Sequence record: NC_073038.1
DNA from: Pseudomonas phage AAT-1
Direction: 5' to 3' (one strand)
DNA length: 57,599 bases
Program-made: the position numbers and the translations under genes
The notes under the pieces: model-generated
The model's database searches: none
Told to the model about the DNA's origin: nothing
The model's input: only the letters and a program-made list of their open reading frames with translations
Shown here: piece by piece, positions 1 through 10,022 of the stretch
Layout: each line of letters opens with the position of its first letter
Numbering within the stretch: the first letter of the stretch is position 1

Positions 1-91
1 CGCTGGGCAATGTCGGGCGATCGGCGGTCCGGGCGCATTGCGTTCCGCGTCATGATCGAGAGCCCGACCAACCGAGCAAAGGAGCTCCCAC

Positions 92-1819
92 ATGACACGA
101 CCGACCGGCCCACAACTGCCGTTCTCCGACGAGCTGCACGCGGGCAAGTACCGCGCCGAGGGCGAGGGCTTCCGCGAGGCGATGAACCGCGTCGCCGCGG
201 GCCTCAAGGACGACGACGCCCACTTCCACTCCCTCCGCGACGTCCTCCTGGACATGCGCTTCATGCCGGCCGGGCGCATCCAGTCCGCCATTGGCTCCGG
301 CAAGAACACCACCCCCTACAACTGCTACGTCTCGGGCACCATCGCTGACAGCTACGTCGAGGGCGAGGGCTCGATCATGGAGCGCGCCACCCAGGCGGCC
401 GCGACCATGCGCATGGGCGGCGGCATCGGCTACGACTTCTCCACCCTGCGTCCGAAGGGCGACCTGATCGTCAAGCTCCAGTCCCGCAGCTCCGGCCCCA
501 TCTCCTTCATGGAGATTTTCGACGCGGTCTGCCGCTGCACCTCCTCGTCCGGCCACCGCCGCGGCGCGCAGATGGGCGTCATGCGTATCGACCACCCCGA
601 CATCTTCGAGTTCGTGCACGCCAAGCAAAACGAGCACTTCCTGCGCGGCTTCAACATCTCCATCGCCGTCACCGACGAGTTCATGGAGTGCAAGCGGGAC
701 GGCAAGCCATTCCAGCTGAAGTGGGGCGGGCGCGTCTACCGTGAGGTCGACCCCAACGAGCTGTGGGACGCCGTCATGCGCTCTACCTGGGACTGGGCCG
801 AGCCGGGCGTCCTGTTCATCGACACCATCAACCGCATGAACAACCTCTGGTACTGCGAGGAGATTGCCGCCACCAACCCGTGCGGCGAGCAGCCGCTTCC
901 GCCCTTCGGTGCCTGCCTGCTGGGCTCCTTCAACCTGGTGCGCTACCTCAAGCGCGACATGGCAGGCTGGTCCTTCGACTGGCACCAGCTAGCCGAGGAC
1001 ATCCCGGTCGTCGTCCGCGCTATGGACAACGTGGTGGACCGTGCGCGCTACCCGCTCCCGCAGCAGGAGCACGAGGCGAAGTCCAAGCGCCGGATGGGCC
1101 TGGGCGTCACCGCCCTGGCGAACGCCGGCGAAGCCCTGGGCCACCCCTACGGCTCGCCTGGCTTCCTGGACTTCACCCGTCGCGTGCTGACGATGGTGCG
1201 CGACGAGTGCTACCGCGCGTCGGCCCTCCTGGCCCATGAGAAGGGCTCCTTCCCGCTCTTCGACGCCGACCAGTACCTGGCGTCGTCCTTCGTGCAGACC
1301 CTGCCTGAGGACATCCGCGAGATGATCGCCGAGCTGGGCATCCGCAACTCCCACCTGACCTCGATCGCGCCGACCGGCACCATCAGCCTGTGCGCCGACA
1401 ACGTGAGCTCCGGCCTGGAGCCCGTGTTCTCCTATGGCATGGAGCGCACTGTCATCGACGAGGGCGGCCCCCGCAAGGAGCTCATCGAGGACTACGGCGT
1501 GCGCGTGCTCGGCGTCAAGGGCAAGCGCTCCTCGGAGGTCTCCGTGGCCGACCACGTCGCCGTGCTGGCGGTTGCCTCCGAGCTGGTGGACTCCGCGGTG
1601 TCCAAGACCTGCAACGTGGACTCGCGCGTCAGCTGGGACGAGTTCAAGCAGGTGTACGACCAGGCCTGGGAGCTCGGCTGCAAGGGCATCACGACCTACC
1701 GGGCGGACGGCAAGCGCGGCGGGGTCATCGTGGCGAAGGACGACGACACCGGCAAGGCCCAGGAGGAGGCCGCGTCGTGCCAGATCGACCCGGAGACCGG
1801 ACGCCGCAGCTGCGAGTGA
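92..1819 (+). CDS. nrdJ: Ribonucleotide reductase class II (adenosylcobalamin-dependent, NrdJ-like)
   Basis: 575 aa. Contains the NPCGEQ active-site region and a C-terminal CxxxxxxxxC pair typical of class II RNR. AAGGAG SD lies 8 nt upstream of the ATG. Confidence 0.8.
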   Translation: MTRPTGPQLPFSDELHAGKYRAEGEGFREAMNRVAAGLKDDDAHFHSLRDVLLDMRFMPAGRIQSAIGSGKNTTPYNCYVSGTIADSYVEGEGSIMERATQAAATMRMGGGIGYDFSTLRPKGDLIVKLQSRSSGPISFMEIFDAVCRCTSSSGHRRGAQMGVMRIDHPDIFEFVHAKQNEHFLRGFNISIAVTDEFMECKRDGKPFQLKWGGRVYREVDPNELWDAVMRSTWDWAEPGVLFIDTINRMNNLWYCEEIAATNPCGEQPLPPFGACLLGSFNLVRYLKRDMAGWSFDWHQLAEDIPVVVRAMDNVVDRARYPLPQQEHEAKSKRRMGLGVTALANAGEALGHPYGSPGFLDFTRRVLTMVRDECYRASALLAHEKGSFPLFDADQYLASSFVQTLPEDIREMIAELGIRNSHLTSIAPTGTISLCADNVSSGLEPVFSYGMERTVIDEGGPRKELIEDYGVRVLGVKGKRSSEVSVADHVAVLAVASELVDSAVSKTCNVDSRVSWDEFKQVYDQAWELGCKGITTYRADGKRGGVIVAKDDDTGKAQEEAASCQIDPETGRRSCE

Positions 1820-1850
1820 CGCCCAGCTAGAAACGATGGCTCCGTGAGAT

Positions 1851-1892
1851 GAGGGGCGACGGTAACATGGGAACCGTCGCCCCTCTTCTATT
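1851..1892 (+). terminator. Rho-independent terminator after nrdJ
   Basis: Hairpin gaggggcgacgg...ccgtcgcccctc followed by ttctatt. Confidence 0.6.
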
Positions 1893-1926
1893 GCCCCGGC
1901 CTGGCGACACCGGGTAGGAGACCACC

Positions 1927-2407
1927 ATGAAAGCAACCCTCGGGACCAAGCCTGCACCGCGGCCGCCGTTCTACGCCGGCTACTTCGACGACCTCACCCG
2001 CTCGGCGCACACCGCCCTGGCGCGTGCCCTGGAGCAGGGCAAGGGCTGGCTCTTCCGCGTCGACGCCGGCGACCTTTTCGACAAGTACCTCACCCAGTTC
2101 GCCGGCGTGGACGACCGCCAGTACCACAACTGCAACTGCTGCCACTCGTTCCTGCGTCGCTTCGGCTCCCTCGCCGTGCTGACCGAGGACGGGCGTATCG
2201 TGTCCGCTCTCTGGGACGAGGGCCTGCTGCCGCACCACCATGCCTACCACGATGTGGCCCACGCCCTCCGTCAGGCCGTGGAGTCGGGTCGCGTCGTCGA
2301 CCTCTTCCTGTGGGACGAGCGCGAGTGGGGCGTGCGCGAGGCCGGCGGCTTCACCCACCTGTGGGCCGCTCGAAGACCCCTGCACCGCTGGGCACGTCGT
2401 GACATGA
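1927..2407 (+). CDS. Hypothetical protein, N-terminal segment (Cys/His-rich YHNCNCCHSF); the frame-1 ORF runs to 2736 but only about the first 155 codons look coding
   Basis: AGGAG SD before the ATG at 1927. Residues 1-155 have protein-like composition. After about nt 2400 frame 1 becomes Arg/Pro/Ala-rich (typical out-of-frame GC translation) with no stop until 2736, while frame 2 is open from 2408. Confidence 0.45.
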
Positions 2408-2422
2408 CGGCCGAGCAGGCCA

Positions 2423-3550
2423 ATGGCGACCAAGCGCGAGGACCGGCGCCACCTGGCCCGCGCCATCGCCACCATGCCTCGCGACGTCGTGCTCCGCGCG
2501 GCCGGCATGCTCCGCTCCGGCGAGCTGTCGCGTGGCGAGAAGCTCGTGGAGTGGGCCGACTGGATCGTGTCCCTGCAGGACGAGGCCGACTCCAAGGCCT
2601 CCCGCCATCAGCGCGAGTACCTGAACCGTCTGCTGTGGCGCGCAGTGGCCTCGGCGCCTGCCGGCTGGTGCACGCCGCGCTCGTCCTCGCTCGGCGCCCT
2701 GGTCGACGACCTGGCGTCCGGTCTGCCCCTCCGTGAGGTCAAGCGCCGCCACGAGGAGCGCGTCGACCCGCTGAAGTACCAGCGCCCGACGTCCCTCAAG
2801 GAGGGCAACGTGCGGCAGGCCGAGCGCTTGTTCGAGGAGATGGGTCTCGCCCCGGCCCTGCGCCGTCGCTTCGCCCTCGCCTCCGAGCTGGTACACCTGT
2901 GGACGCCGCAGCCGACGCCGGCGGGACAGGAGTCGGGCCTGTTCGGCCATCTCCTGCCGGGTCGTCGCAAGACAGCCGAGGCCAACCTGACGGCGGGCCA
3001 CGTGGCCATGACCTTTGCCAAGTTCCGCCGCGACGTCCTGCCGCGCGCCCTGGAGGTCGAGGTCCTCGTGCCGCAGCACGGGCAGTTCTCCGCGTTCACG
3101 ACCCAGTCGGACCGCGACGCGCCGCCGATCCTGCAGTGGGACTCGGAGGAGTGCCGTAACCCGTTCGCGTGGTACGTCTACCACAACGGGTCACCGGCAT
3201 CCGTGTGGGGCCTGCGCGGTGGTTCCCGCTCCCGTGTCGTCTCCATGTCGCTGATGCCGTGCTGCTGGGGTGACGAGGGCCGCCACCGCGACCTGGGCAA
3301 CCGCGCGCTGCTAGTGCTCGAGGGCGCCAAGGACGGGCGCAACTCGTCGCTGGCGCTGTTCCCCGAGTGCCTGCGCTCCGAGCTCCACGCCGTGCGCTCC
3401 ACCATCGAGGCACACTCCCGCGCCGGCCGGCTCGAGGACGTGGACGGTCAGCACGCCTCCGGCCTGCTGGTAGGCGATGGCTGCGAGGCGACACTCGTGG
3501 TGCGCACCCGCGAGGGCATCTCGTCCTACCGCATCGACCGGTGGGAATGA
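2423..3550 (+). CDS. Hypothetical protein (375 aa; frame 2 open from 2408); possibly the C-terminal part of a single gene split from 1927 by a frameshift
   Basis: Long ORF with protein-like composition. It overlaps the 1927 frame by more than 300 nt. No family recognised by eye. Confidence 0.5.
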   Translation: MATKREDRRHLARAIATMPRDVVLRAAGMLRSGELSRGEKLVEWADWIVSLQDEADSKASRHQREYLNRLLWRAVASAPAGWCTPRSSSLGALVDDLASGLPLREVKRRHEERVDPLKYQRPTSLKEGNVRQAERLFEEMGLAPALRRRFALASELVHLWTPQPTPAGQESGLFGHLLPGRRKTAEANLTAGHVAMTFAKFRRDVLPRALEVEVLVPQHGQFSAFTTQSDRDAPPILQWDSEECRNPFAWYVYHNGSPASVWGLRGGSRSRVVSMSLMPCCWGDEGRHRDLGNRALLVLEGAKDGRNSSLALFPECLRSELHAVRSTIEAHSRAGRLEDVDGQHASGLLVGDGCEATLVVRTREGISSYRIDRWE

Positions 3551-3566
3551 GGGCGTAGCCGGACAC

Positions 3567-3602
3567 GGGGCGGCGGTACGATCACCGCCGCCCTTTCTAT
3601 TT
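3567..3602 (+). terminator. Rho-independent terminator
   Basis: ggggcggcgg-tacgatca-ccgccgccc followed by tttctattt. Confidence 0.6.
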
Positions 3603-3619
3603 ATGCAAGGAGAAGACTC

Positions 3620-4510
3620 ATGTCCAAACAGTTCCGCCCCATGCTGTCCGCGACCGTGGCCGAGGTCGGCAAGCTCCGCTTCCCGCTGCTGGCTAGCCAC
3701 AAGCTGGACGGCATCCGCGCCCTGGTACGCGACGGCGTCGTCGTGTCCCGCAGCCTCAAGCCGATCCCCAACCGCCACGTGCAGGCCCTGTTCGGCCGCC
3801 CCGAGTACGAGGGCCTGGACGGCGAGCTCCTGGTCGGAGACCCGACCGACCCGACCGCATTCCTCGGTACGACCTCCGCGGTCATGAGCCGCGAAGGCGA
3901 GCCCGACGTGTACCTCCACGTCTTCGACGACGTGACCGAGCCACACCTACCCTTCCGCGACCGTCACGCTCGCCTGCAGGGTCGCCTGCAGGGTCGCCTG
4001 ACGCTGGTGGCGCAGGTGTACGTCGGCTCAGTGGCGGAGGTCGAGGAGTTCGAGCGCGAGGCCCTGGACGCCGGCCACGAGGGCATCATGCTGCGCTCGG
4101 CCGACAGCCCATACAAGTTCGGCCGCGGCACGCTGTCAAAGCAGGACCTGCTGAAGCTCAAGCGCTTTGAGGACGCGGAGGCCCGGGTCGTAGGCCTGGA
4201 GGAGCTGCTGCACAACTCGAACGAGGCGACAGTGGGCCTGCTCGGACAGACCGAGCGCGGCCACTCGAAGGCCGGCATGGTGGGCAAGGATACGCTCGGG
4301 GCCCTGCAGGTCGTCGGCGTCGGAGGGCGGTGGGACGGCGTCCGCTTCAACATCGGCTCCGGCTTCGACGCCGCCACCCGGCAGGCCATCTGGGACGCCG
4401 GCGACGCGTGGGTGGGCCGCCTGGTCAAGTTCAAGTTCTTCCCGCTCGGCTCCAAGGAGGCCCCGCGCTTCCCGATCTTCCTCGGCGAGCGCCACCCGGA
4501 CGACCTCTGA
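3620..4510 (+). CDS. ATP-dependent DNA ligase (small phage-type)
   Basis: 296 aa. KLDGIR adenylation motif I (KxDG) sits near the N-terminus. Size and layout resemble T7/Chlorella-virus ligases. AAGGAGAAG SD. Confidence 0.75.
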   Translation: MSKQFRPMLSATVAEVGKLRFPLLASHKLDGIRALVRDGVVVSRSLKPIPNRHVQALFGRPEYEGLDGELLVGDPTDPTAFLGTTSAVMSREGEPDVYLHVFDDVTEPHLPFRDRHARLQGRLQGRLTLVAQVYVGSVAEVEEFEREALDAGHEGIMLRSADSPYKFGRGTLSKQDLLKLKRFEDAEARVVGLEELLHNSNEATVGLLGQTERGHSKAGMVGKDTLGALQVVGVGGRWDGVRFNIGSGFDAATRQAIWDAGDAWVGRLVKFKFFPLGSKEAPRFPIFLGERHPDDL

Positions 4511-4591
4511 CGGGGAACCATCGTTGGCTTCCGACGTGGGCCGGGCGGTGTAGCATCGCGAGCTATACTGACCAACACCGAGGAGCTGACG

Positions 4592-6121
4592 ATGGCCGAC
4601 GGACCCAAGAAGAAGGCGACGGTTGCGACCCCGTCGTCTGCCTACCAGCGGATGTATCCGCGCTGGCGAATGATCGACGTCCTCCTGGGCGGCACTGAGG
4701 CCATGCGCGCGGCGGGCACCGAGTTCTTGCCCCAGTACGACAACGAGTCCAACAAGAACTATGCCGCGCGCCTGGCCCGCGCGACCCTGCTCAACATGAC
4801 CGAGCAGACGCTTGACACCATCGCAGGCAAGCCCTTCCGTGAGCAGGTGGTGCTTGGGGACGACGTGCCGCCACAGATCGAGGAGATGACCGAGGACGTG
4901 GACATGCAGGGCAACAACCTGCACGCGTTCTGCCGCACCTGGTTCCGCGAGGCCTGGGCGAAGGGCCTGTCCCACGTGCTCGTGGAGCACCCGACCCCGG
5001 AGGAGCGGGTCGACCCTGACACGGGCGAGACTCTCCCACGCACCCTGGCGGACGACCGCGCGGACGGGCTGCGCCCGTACTGGGTGCACGTCAAGCCCGA
5101 GTGCCTCATCGCAGCGTACTCTATGGTGGTCAACGGCCGCGAGGTCCTGACCCACGTCCGCATCCGCGAGACCACTGTGGAGCGGGTGGACTGGGACGAG
5201 GTAGAGGTGCAGCGCGTCCGCGTACTGGAGCCTGGACGTTGGGAGCTCTGGGCGCCGGACGATAAGGGCGAGGAGTGGCATGTCGAAGACGAGGGCTTCA
5301 CGGCCCTGGACTACGTGCCGCTTGTCACGTTCTACGCGGGCAAGCGCTCCGGCCTCATGGAGTGCAAGCCCCCGCTGACCGACCTGGCCCACCTCAACGT
5401 GGCCCACTGGCAGTCCTCGAGCGACCAGCGCAACGTCCTCACCGTGTCGCGCTTCCCGCTGCTTGCTGCCTCCGGCGTGCCCGCGGACCAGAAGGTGACG
5501 ATCGGCCCCAACAACTTCCTGACGACCGAGGCCGCGGACGGCAAGTGGTACTACGTCGAGCACACCGGCGCGGCTATCAAGGCCGGCGCAGAGGACCTCA
5601 CCTCGCTTGAGGACCAGATGGCCACCTACGGCGCCGAGTACATGCGGAAGCGCCCCGGGGACCAGACAGCTACTGGCAGGGCGCTAGACTCTGCGGAGTC
5701 CTCGTCCTACCTGGCGTCCACTGTGCGCGACTTCCAGGACTGCGTCGAGCTCGCCATGCAGTATACGGCCGACTGGCTTGGCCTCGACGAGGGCGGATCG
5801 GTGCGGATCAACGCGGACGTCGACCTCAGCGAGGCGGACGCGGCGGAGCTGGACGCGCTGCTCAAGATGCGTGCCCAGCGTGACATCTCCCGCAAGACGC
5901 TGCTCGACGAGATGCAGAAGCGCTCCGTGCTGTCCGACGACTTCGACGAGGAGGCGGACGCGGAGCTGCTAGCCGATGAGGGCAAGAATACCCTAGGCGA
6001 CATGTTCGGAGGCGGCAACGGCACTACCAGTCCGCTGCCGGCCGCCCCGGCCGCCCCGGCCGCGGGCCTGGAGGACGAGGACGAGGACTTGCCCACCAAC
6101 ACGCCCCCGGCTCAGGAGTAA
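4592..6121 (+). CDS. Portal protein (DUF4055-type)
   Basis: N-terminal YPRW...LLGGTEAMRAAG..FLP...NESN..Y..RL.RA pattern matches DUF4055 portals. Acidic C-terminus. Lies immediately upstream of the MuF-like gene, as in SPP1. Confidence 0.7.
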   Translation: MADGPKKKATVATPSSAYQRMYPRWRMIDVLLGGTEAMRAAGTEFLPQYDNESNKNYAARLARATLLNMTEQTLDTIAGKPFREQVVLGDDVPPQIEEMTEDVDMQGNNLHAFCRTWFREAWAKGLSHVLVEHPTPEERVDPDTGETLPRTLADDRADGLRPYWVHVKPECLIAAYSMVVNGREVLTHVRIRETTVERVDWDEVEVQRVRVLEPGRWELWAPDDKGEEWHVEDEGFTALDYVPLVTFYAGKRSGLMECKPPLTDLAHLNVAHWQSSSDQRNVLTVSRFPLLAASGVPADQKVTIGPNNFLTTEAADGKWYYVEHTGAAIKAGAEDLTSLEDQMATYGAEYMRKRPGDQTATGRALDSAESSSYLASTVRDFQDCVELAMQYTADWLGLDEGGSVRINADVDLSEADAAELDALLKMRAQRDISRKTLLDEMQKRSVLSDDFDEEADAELLADEGKNTLGDMFGGGNGTTSPLPAAPAAPAAGLEDEDEDLPTNTPPAQE

Positions 6122-6124
6122 CCC

Positions 6125-9100
6125 ATGGCCAAGACCGCGAACGAGGAGATTCTCGACGCTACGGTCCGCCACCAGATCAAGCTCCTGCGCTTCTCGCAGG
6201 GCGAGGCCAACATGGCCGCGTCCCTGTTGGCGGAGAGCGACGCGGAGCTGGTGGCGCTGATCCAGGCGGGCAACCTGACCGAGGCCAGCGAGGCGCGCCT
6301 GCGTGCCCTGCTGGCTGACGTGCGACGGCTCCGCTCCACCGTGGCCGAGCGTATCCAGTCGGAGCTCGAGGGCGACATGGAGGAGCTGGCGGCCACCGAG
6401 GCCGAGTGGGAGACGGCCATGCTGCAGGGCGCGACGCCCGTGGCTATGTCGTTCGCCTCCGTGCCTGTGACAACTCTCAAGGCCCTGTCGGCATCGCCCA
6501 TAAATGGTGTGCCGCTCGAGGGGTGGCTTGGCAAGATGGCGGTGAACGACGTCTCCCGTATAGAGCAGCAGCTACGCCTAGGCATCCTGGCCGGCGAGAC
6601 AAACGACCAGCTTGTGGCGCGCATCCGCGGCACGAAGGCGAACGGGTATAAAGACGGGGTGCTGGACATCACTCGGCGCGAGGCCGAGATGATCGCGCGC
6701 ACCGCGACCAACCATGTCTCGACGTCCGCACGGCAGGCCACCTGGGAGGCGAATGCCGACATCATCAGCGGCGTTCGGTGGGTGGCCACGCTCGATGGGC
6801 GGACCTCGCCTGTGTGCCAGTCCCGCGACGGCGAGGTATACTCCATCGACCGGGGACCGCGTCCGCCCGCGCACCCGAACTGCCGTTCAACCGTGGCGCC
6901 GGTGCTTGCCGGTGAGGAGATTGTCGGTGAGCGCCCGACCATCACTGACACCCGCACTCGTGCCCAGCGCGAGGTCGACTTCCGCGCCGAGGCGCGCGAG
7001 GCGGCAGGCGATAAGTGGAAGGGCATGAGCGAGGCGGAGCGCCGCGCGGCCATCAAGGCCCGCCGGGACAAGTGGGCTGACGAGAACATCGGCCAGGCAC
7101 CCACCTCCACGAACTACGAGAAGTGGCTACGCGGGCAGTCCAAGGAGTTCCAGGACGACGTACTTGGCAAGGGCAAGGCCCAGCTTTTCCGCGACGGCAT
7201 GCCTCTCGACAAGTTCGTGGACGAGAAGGGTAAACCGTACTCGCTGCAGCAGCTCAAGGCCGAGCTGGAGGGCGACAAGCTCAACGTGGTGCAGCCGGGC
7301 GTCGGCCTGAAGGCCAAGTCCCTGCTGCAGCAGGGCCTCTCCAACCAGCAGGTGCTTGACCAGATCAAGGCGGAGTACCCTGACGCCAGCACGTCGATCG
7401 CGTCGATCGCGTCCTACAAGTCGGAGCTGAACAAGGCCGGCGCACTGAGCCTGCCGGACGTCGGCAAGGTGCCGACCGGGGCCCTGGCGCAGGCCAAGAA
7501 CGTCAAGGCCGTGGTGGAGAACCTGGAGCAAGCACTACCGGCTAACGTCAAGCACGCCGTTGGCGGGCAGTGGTCCACGGTGGTCGAGGACCTGGACGGG
7601 GCGCCCGGGGTCTACGGCTACTACCAAGCCGGCAAGGGCGTGACGCTGAGCGGCAAGAAGCTGGCGGCGGTATCGACCGCGCAGGCCCAGCAGGCCGTGG
7701 CGCACGAGCTCGGGCACCTGCTGCACAAGCAGCACGACCTGCTACTCCCTGACGAAGTTCTGGCAGCCTTGAAGGCCTCGGCAAAGGGCCTGCCTCCGGA
7801 TGCCCGGAAGCTCTACTCGTACTATCTGAGCAGCGCAGACGAGCTCGTCGCTGAGGTCTACGCCCAGGCGCTCAGCCCGAGCGCGCTGACATCTCAGGGC
7901 CTGAGCGCCTTGGAGTTCAACAAGGCCTTTGGTCCTGCCATCGAGGCGGCCAAGAAGGCGATGGCGGACAAGTTCCCGATGCCTGCCGCGGCGGCCAAGA
8001 CGCCGCTGCCAGGCGGCCCCGTGTTACCCTTCGAGGTAGCTGGCAAGCACACGACGGTCGGCTCGCTGTCCAAGGCTCTGCTGCAACAGGGCATGCCGGA
8101 CGAGCAGGTGCTGCAGTCCGTGCTCGCTGAGTTCCCTGAGGCCAAGACCAAGCTGGCGTCCATCCAGAGCTACAAGTCGCAGCTCAAGAAGGAGGGCCTA
8201 CTGCCCAACAAGGCCTCCGGGCCGGTGGTGCAGCCGAAGGTCATCCCGGACGTGGCGCCAGTACCTGCCAGCGCAGAGGTAGCGGCAGCAGCGCCCGACG
8301 TCGTGGCCGCAGTTCCCTCGGCCGTGCAGCTGACGGCGGCCGAGCTCAAGGCCAAGGGGATGGAGCTACTCAAGCAGGGTGTGCTGGGCAACTCCGACGT
8401 GGCGACCACGCTCGACAAGATGTTCCCGCTTAACGCCGGGCAGGCGAAGCCCAGCACTGTGGCGACCTGGAAGAGCCTGTGGAAGAAGGCCGACCCGGAG
8501 GGATACGCGAAGGCCAGCGCCCTTGCGGAGAAGTCCACGGTCAAGGCAGCAGTCTCCGGCCCGGTAGCGCCGCCTAAGCTGCTAGGCCAGAAGCTTGGCG
8601 CCGTGTCGACTAAGGCCCTGGAGAAGGTCAAGTCGGTCGTCGCGGCTGGTGGCTCGGTGGACGAGGCGTACGCCGCCATGAAGTCGGTCTTCGGCTCAGT
8701 GCAGGAGCCCGGCGCCTCTGACCTGCTGGAGCTGGCCAAGTACCAGGTCGCGTCGGCCAAGGCCGCCGGTAAGCCCTACTTGGATGCCGCCTTCACTACG
8801 CCCAAGGGCTACGTCGCAAACCCCAAGATCGAGAGCTACGTCGCAAACCTGGACGCCAAGGGCAAGGCCGCGCTCGAGGCCTACAAAGAGGCCAAGGCCA
8901 AGGGCTTTGGCGTCGTCAAGACCAACAAGCTGGTGAAGGCCAAGGCGGGATACGAACCGTCGGCATCGGCCAAGGTGAAGTTGAAGGAGGCGGCTGACTA
9001 CGAGCTGACCAAGGCGGGCACGCCGATCCTCGAGCCGTACAGCCCGGCGGCCAAGGCAGCTCAGAAAGCCTCGCCGTCCGTCGCGCCGATACCGCCTACC

Positions 9101-9733
9101 GAGAAGGTGGACCTCACGCCAGTCCGTCCGGCTTCTACCCCACGCGACGGGCTGCCACCGCCTCCACGCTTCAACTCCCAGCAACGCGCTGCAGGAGTTC
9201 GCAAGTTCGCCGGCCGGGTCGAGACGTCCACGCTCAACTCCATGAACGCGCAGCAGCAGCGGCTCGGACTGCCCGAGCTAACGGCGGAGGAGGCGGCCGC
9301 GATTCGGTCGTATACTGGCAACACGTACCGGGCGCTGAACGACGCGCTCCGGTCGGGTAGGTACGCGTCAGACATGCACCTGCAGGCCTACGTAGATGCT
9401 GCCCAGCATGGACTCGCAAAGATGCCGAAGTTCGTGGGTCGGTCAGCCCGCGGTATGTCGTTTGGGGAGGCAGAGCTCAAGAAGGTGCTCGCGACCTACC
9501 GCAAGGGAGCTGTCGTCGAGGACTCGGCCTTCGTGTCGTCCTCGTACGGTGAGCAGGCGGCCTTCGGGGGCAATGTGTTCCTGCAGATCAACGGGAAGAC
9601 AGGGGTCAATATCTCCAGCTTCTCAAAGTACGGCGGCGAGCGTGAGGTACTGTTCATGCCTGGCACCCGCTTCAGGGTGGACGACGTGGTGCAGACCAAT
9701 GGTAAGTACGTGATAACTGTGACGGAGGTATAA
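6125..9733 (+). CDS. MuF-like (SPP1 gp7 family) minor head protein fused to a C-terminal C2/C3/VIP2-type mono-ADP-ribosyltransferase toxin domain
   Basis: 1202 aa. Mu-F motif VATLDGRTSPVCQSRDGEVY...HPNCRST. Middle part carries 3 copies of a roughly 35-aa helix-loop-helix module. C-terminus has LTAEEAAAIRSYTGNTYRALNDALR (NAD-binding helix), FVGRS (Arg), FVSSSYG (STS) and GGEREVLFMPGTRFRV (ExE ARTT loop plus EVL.PrGt.F.V). Confidence 0.8.
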   Translation: MAKTANEEILDATVRHQIKLLRFSQGEANMAASLLAESDAELVALIQAGNLTEASEARLRALLADVRRLRSTVAERIQSELEGDMEELAATEAEWETAMLQGATPVAMSFASVPVTTLKALSASPINGVPLEGWLGKMAVNDVSRIEQQLRLGILAGETNDQLVARIRGTKANGYKDGVLDITRREAEMIARTATNHVSTSARQATWEANADIISGVRWVATLDGRTSPVCQSRDGEVYSIDRGPRPPAHPNCRSTVAPVLAGEEIVGERPTITDTRTRAQREVDFRAEAREAAGDKWKGMSEAERRAAIKARRDKWADENIGQAPTSTNYEKWLRGQSKEFQDDVLGKGKAQLFRDGMPLDKFVDEKGKPYSLQQLKAELEGDKLNVVQPGVGLKAKSLLQQGLSNQQVLDQIKAEYPDASTSIASIASYKSELNKAGALSLPDVGKVPTGALAQAKNVKAVVENLEQALPANVKHAVGGQWSTVVEDLDGAPGVYGYYQAGKGVTLSGKKLAAVSTAQAQQAVAHELGHLLHKQHDLLLPDEVLAALKASAKGLPPDARKLYSYYLSSADELVAEVYAQALSPSALTSQGLSALEFNKAFGPAIEAAKKAMADKFPMPAAAAKTPLPGGPVLPFEVAGKHTTVGSLSKALLQQGMPDEQVLQSVLAEFPEAKTKLASIQSYKSQLKKEGLLPNKASGPVVQPKVIPDVAPVPASAEVAAAAPDVVAAVPSAVQLTAAELKAKGMELLKQGVLGNSDVATTLDKMFPLNAGQAKPSTVATWKSLWKKADPEGYAKASALAEKSTVKAAVSGPVAPPKLLGQKLGAVSTKALEKVKSVVAAGGSVDEAYAAMKSVFGSVQEPGASDLLELAKYQVASAKAAGKPYLDAAFTTPKGYVANPKIESYVANLDAKGKAALEAYKEAKAKGFGVVKTNKLVKAKAGYEPSASAKVKLKEAADYELTKAGTPILEPYSPAAKAAQKASPSVAPIPPTEKVDLTPVRPASTPRDGLPPPPRFNSQQRAAGVRKFAGRVETSTLNSMNAQQQRLGLPELTAEEAAAIRSYTGNTYRALNDALRSGRYASDMHLQAYVDAAQHGLAKMPKFVGRSARGMSFGEAELKKVLATYRKGAVVEDSAFVSSSYGEQAAFGGNVFLQINGKTGVNISSFSKYGGEREVLFMPGTRFRVDDVVQTNGKYVITVTEV

Positions 9734-9734
9734 G

Positions 9735-10022
9735 ATGGCAGGAGACACCGTGGACCGCAGCTTCGAGCCTGGGCCAGACTGGGATGACAAGACGTCCTTC
9801 GCCCCAGGAGTGCCGGACGACCCCGATGCTGTGCCAGAGCTGCTCTACCAGGTGCTGCTCGGCAAGGTCTTCACCCTTACGCGATGGCGCGACGGGTCCA
9901 CCGCACGCGGTGAGGTCGCGCTAGCCGACCTGGAGGCAGTCGCCGGCGGGCCGGTGGCTAAGGAGGGGTGGTACGATGCTCTCGGCAAGTATGTCGGGGC
10001 TGAGTTGCCCGGCTCTCTATGA
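9735..10022 (+). CDS. Hypothetical protein (candidate immunity/antagonist for the ART domain)
   Basis: 95 aa ORF directly downstream of the toxin-domain gene. GGAGG SD. Role inferred from position only. Confidence 0.4.
   Translation: MAGDTVDRSFEPGPDWDDKTSFAPGVPDDPDAVPELLYQVLLGKVFTLTRWRDGSTARGEVALADLEAVAGGPVAKEGWYDALGKYVGAELPGSL

Noticed and set aside
50-1957. Long minus-strand ORFs (50..985, 989..1957) opposite nrdJ
   Set aside because: Gly/Ala/Arg/Val-dominated translations typical of the antisense frame of a high-GC gene. The sense-strand NrdJ has clear family motifs.
2408-2736. C-terminal 110 codons of frame-1 ORF 1927..2736
   Set aside because: Composition (RRAPRGRHAPLRR...) looks out-of-frame. 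Considered read-through of a frameshifted gene rather than real coding sequence.
4511-4591. Possible sigma70-type promoter (TTGGCT-N17-GGTGTA / TATACT) upstream of portal
   Set aside because: Hexamers are only weakly consensus-like and occur once, so not reported as a feature.
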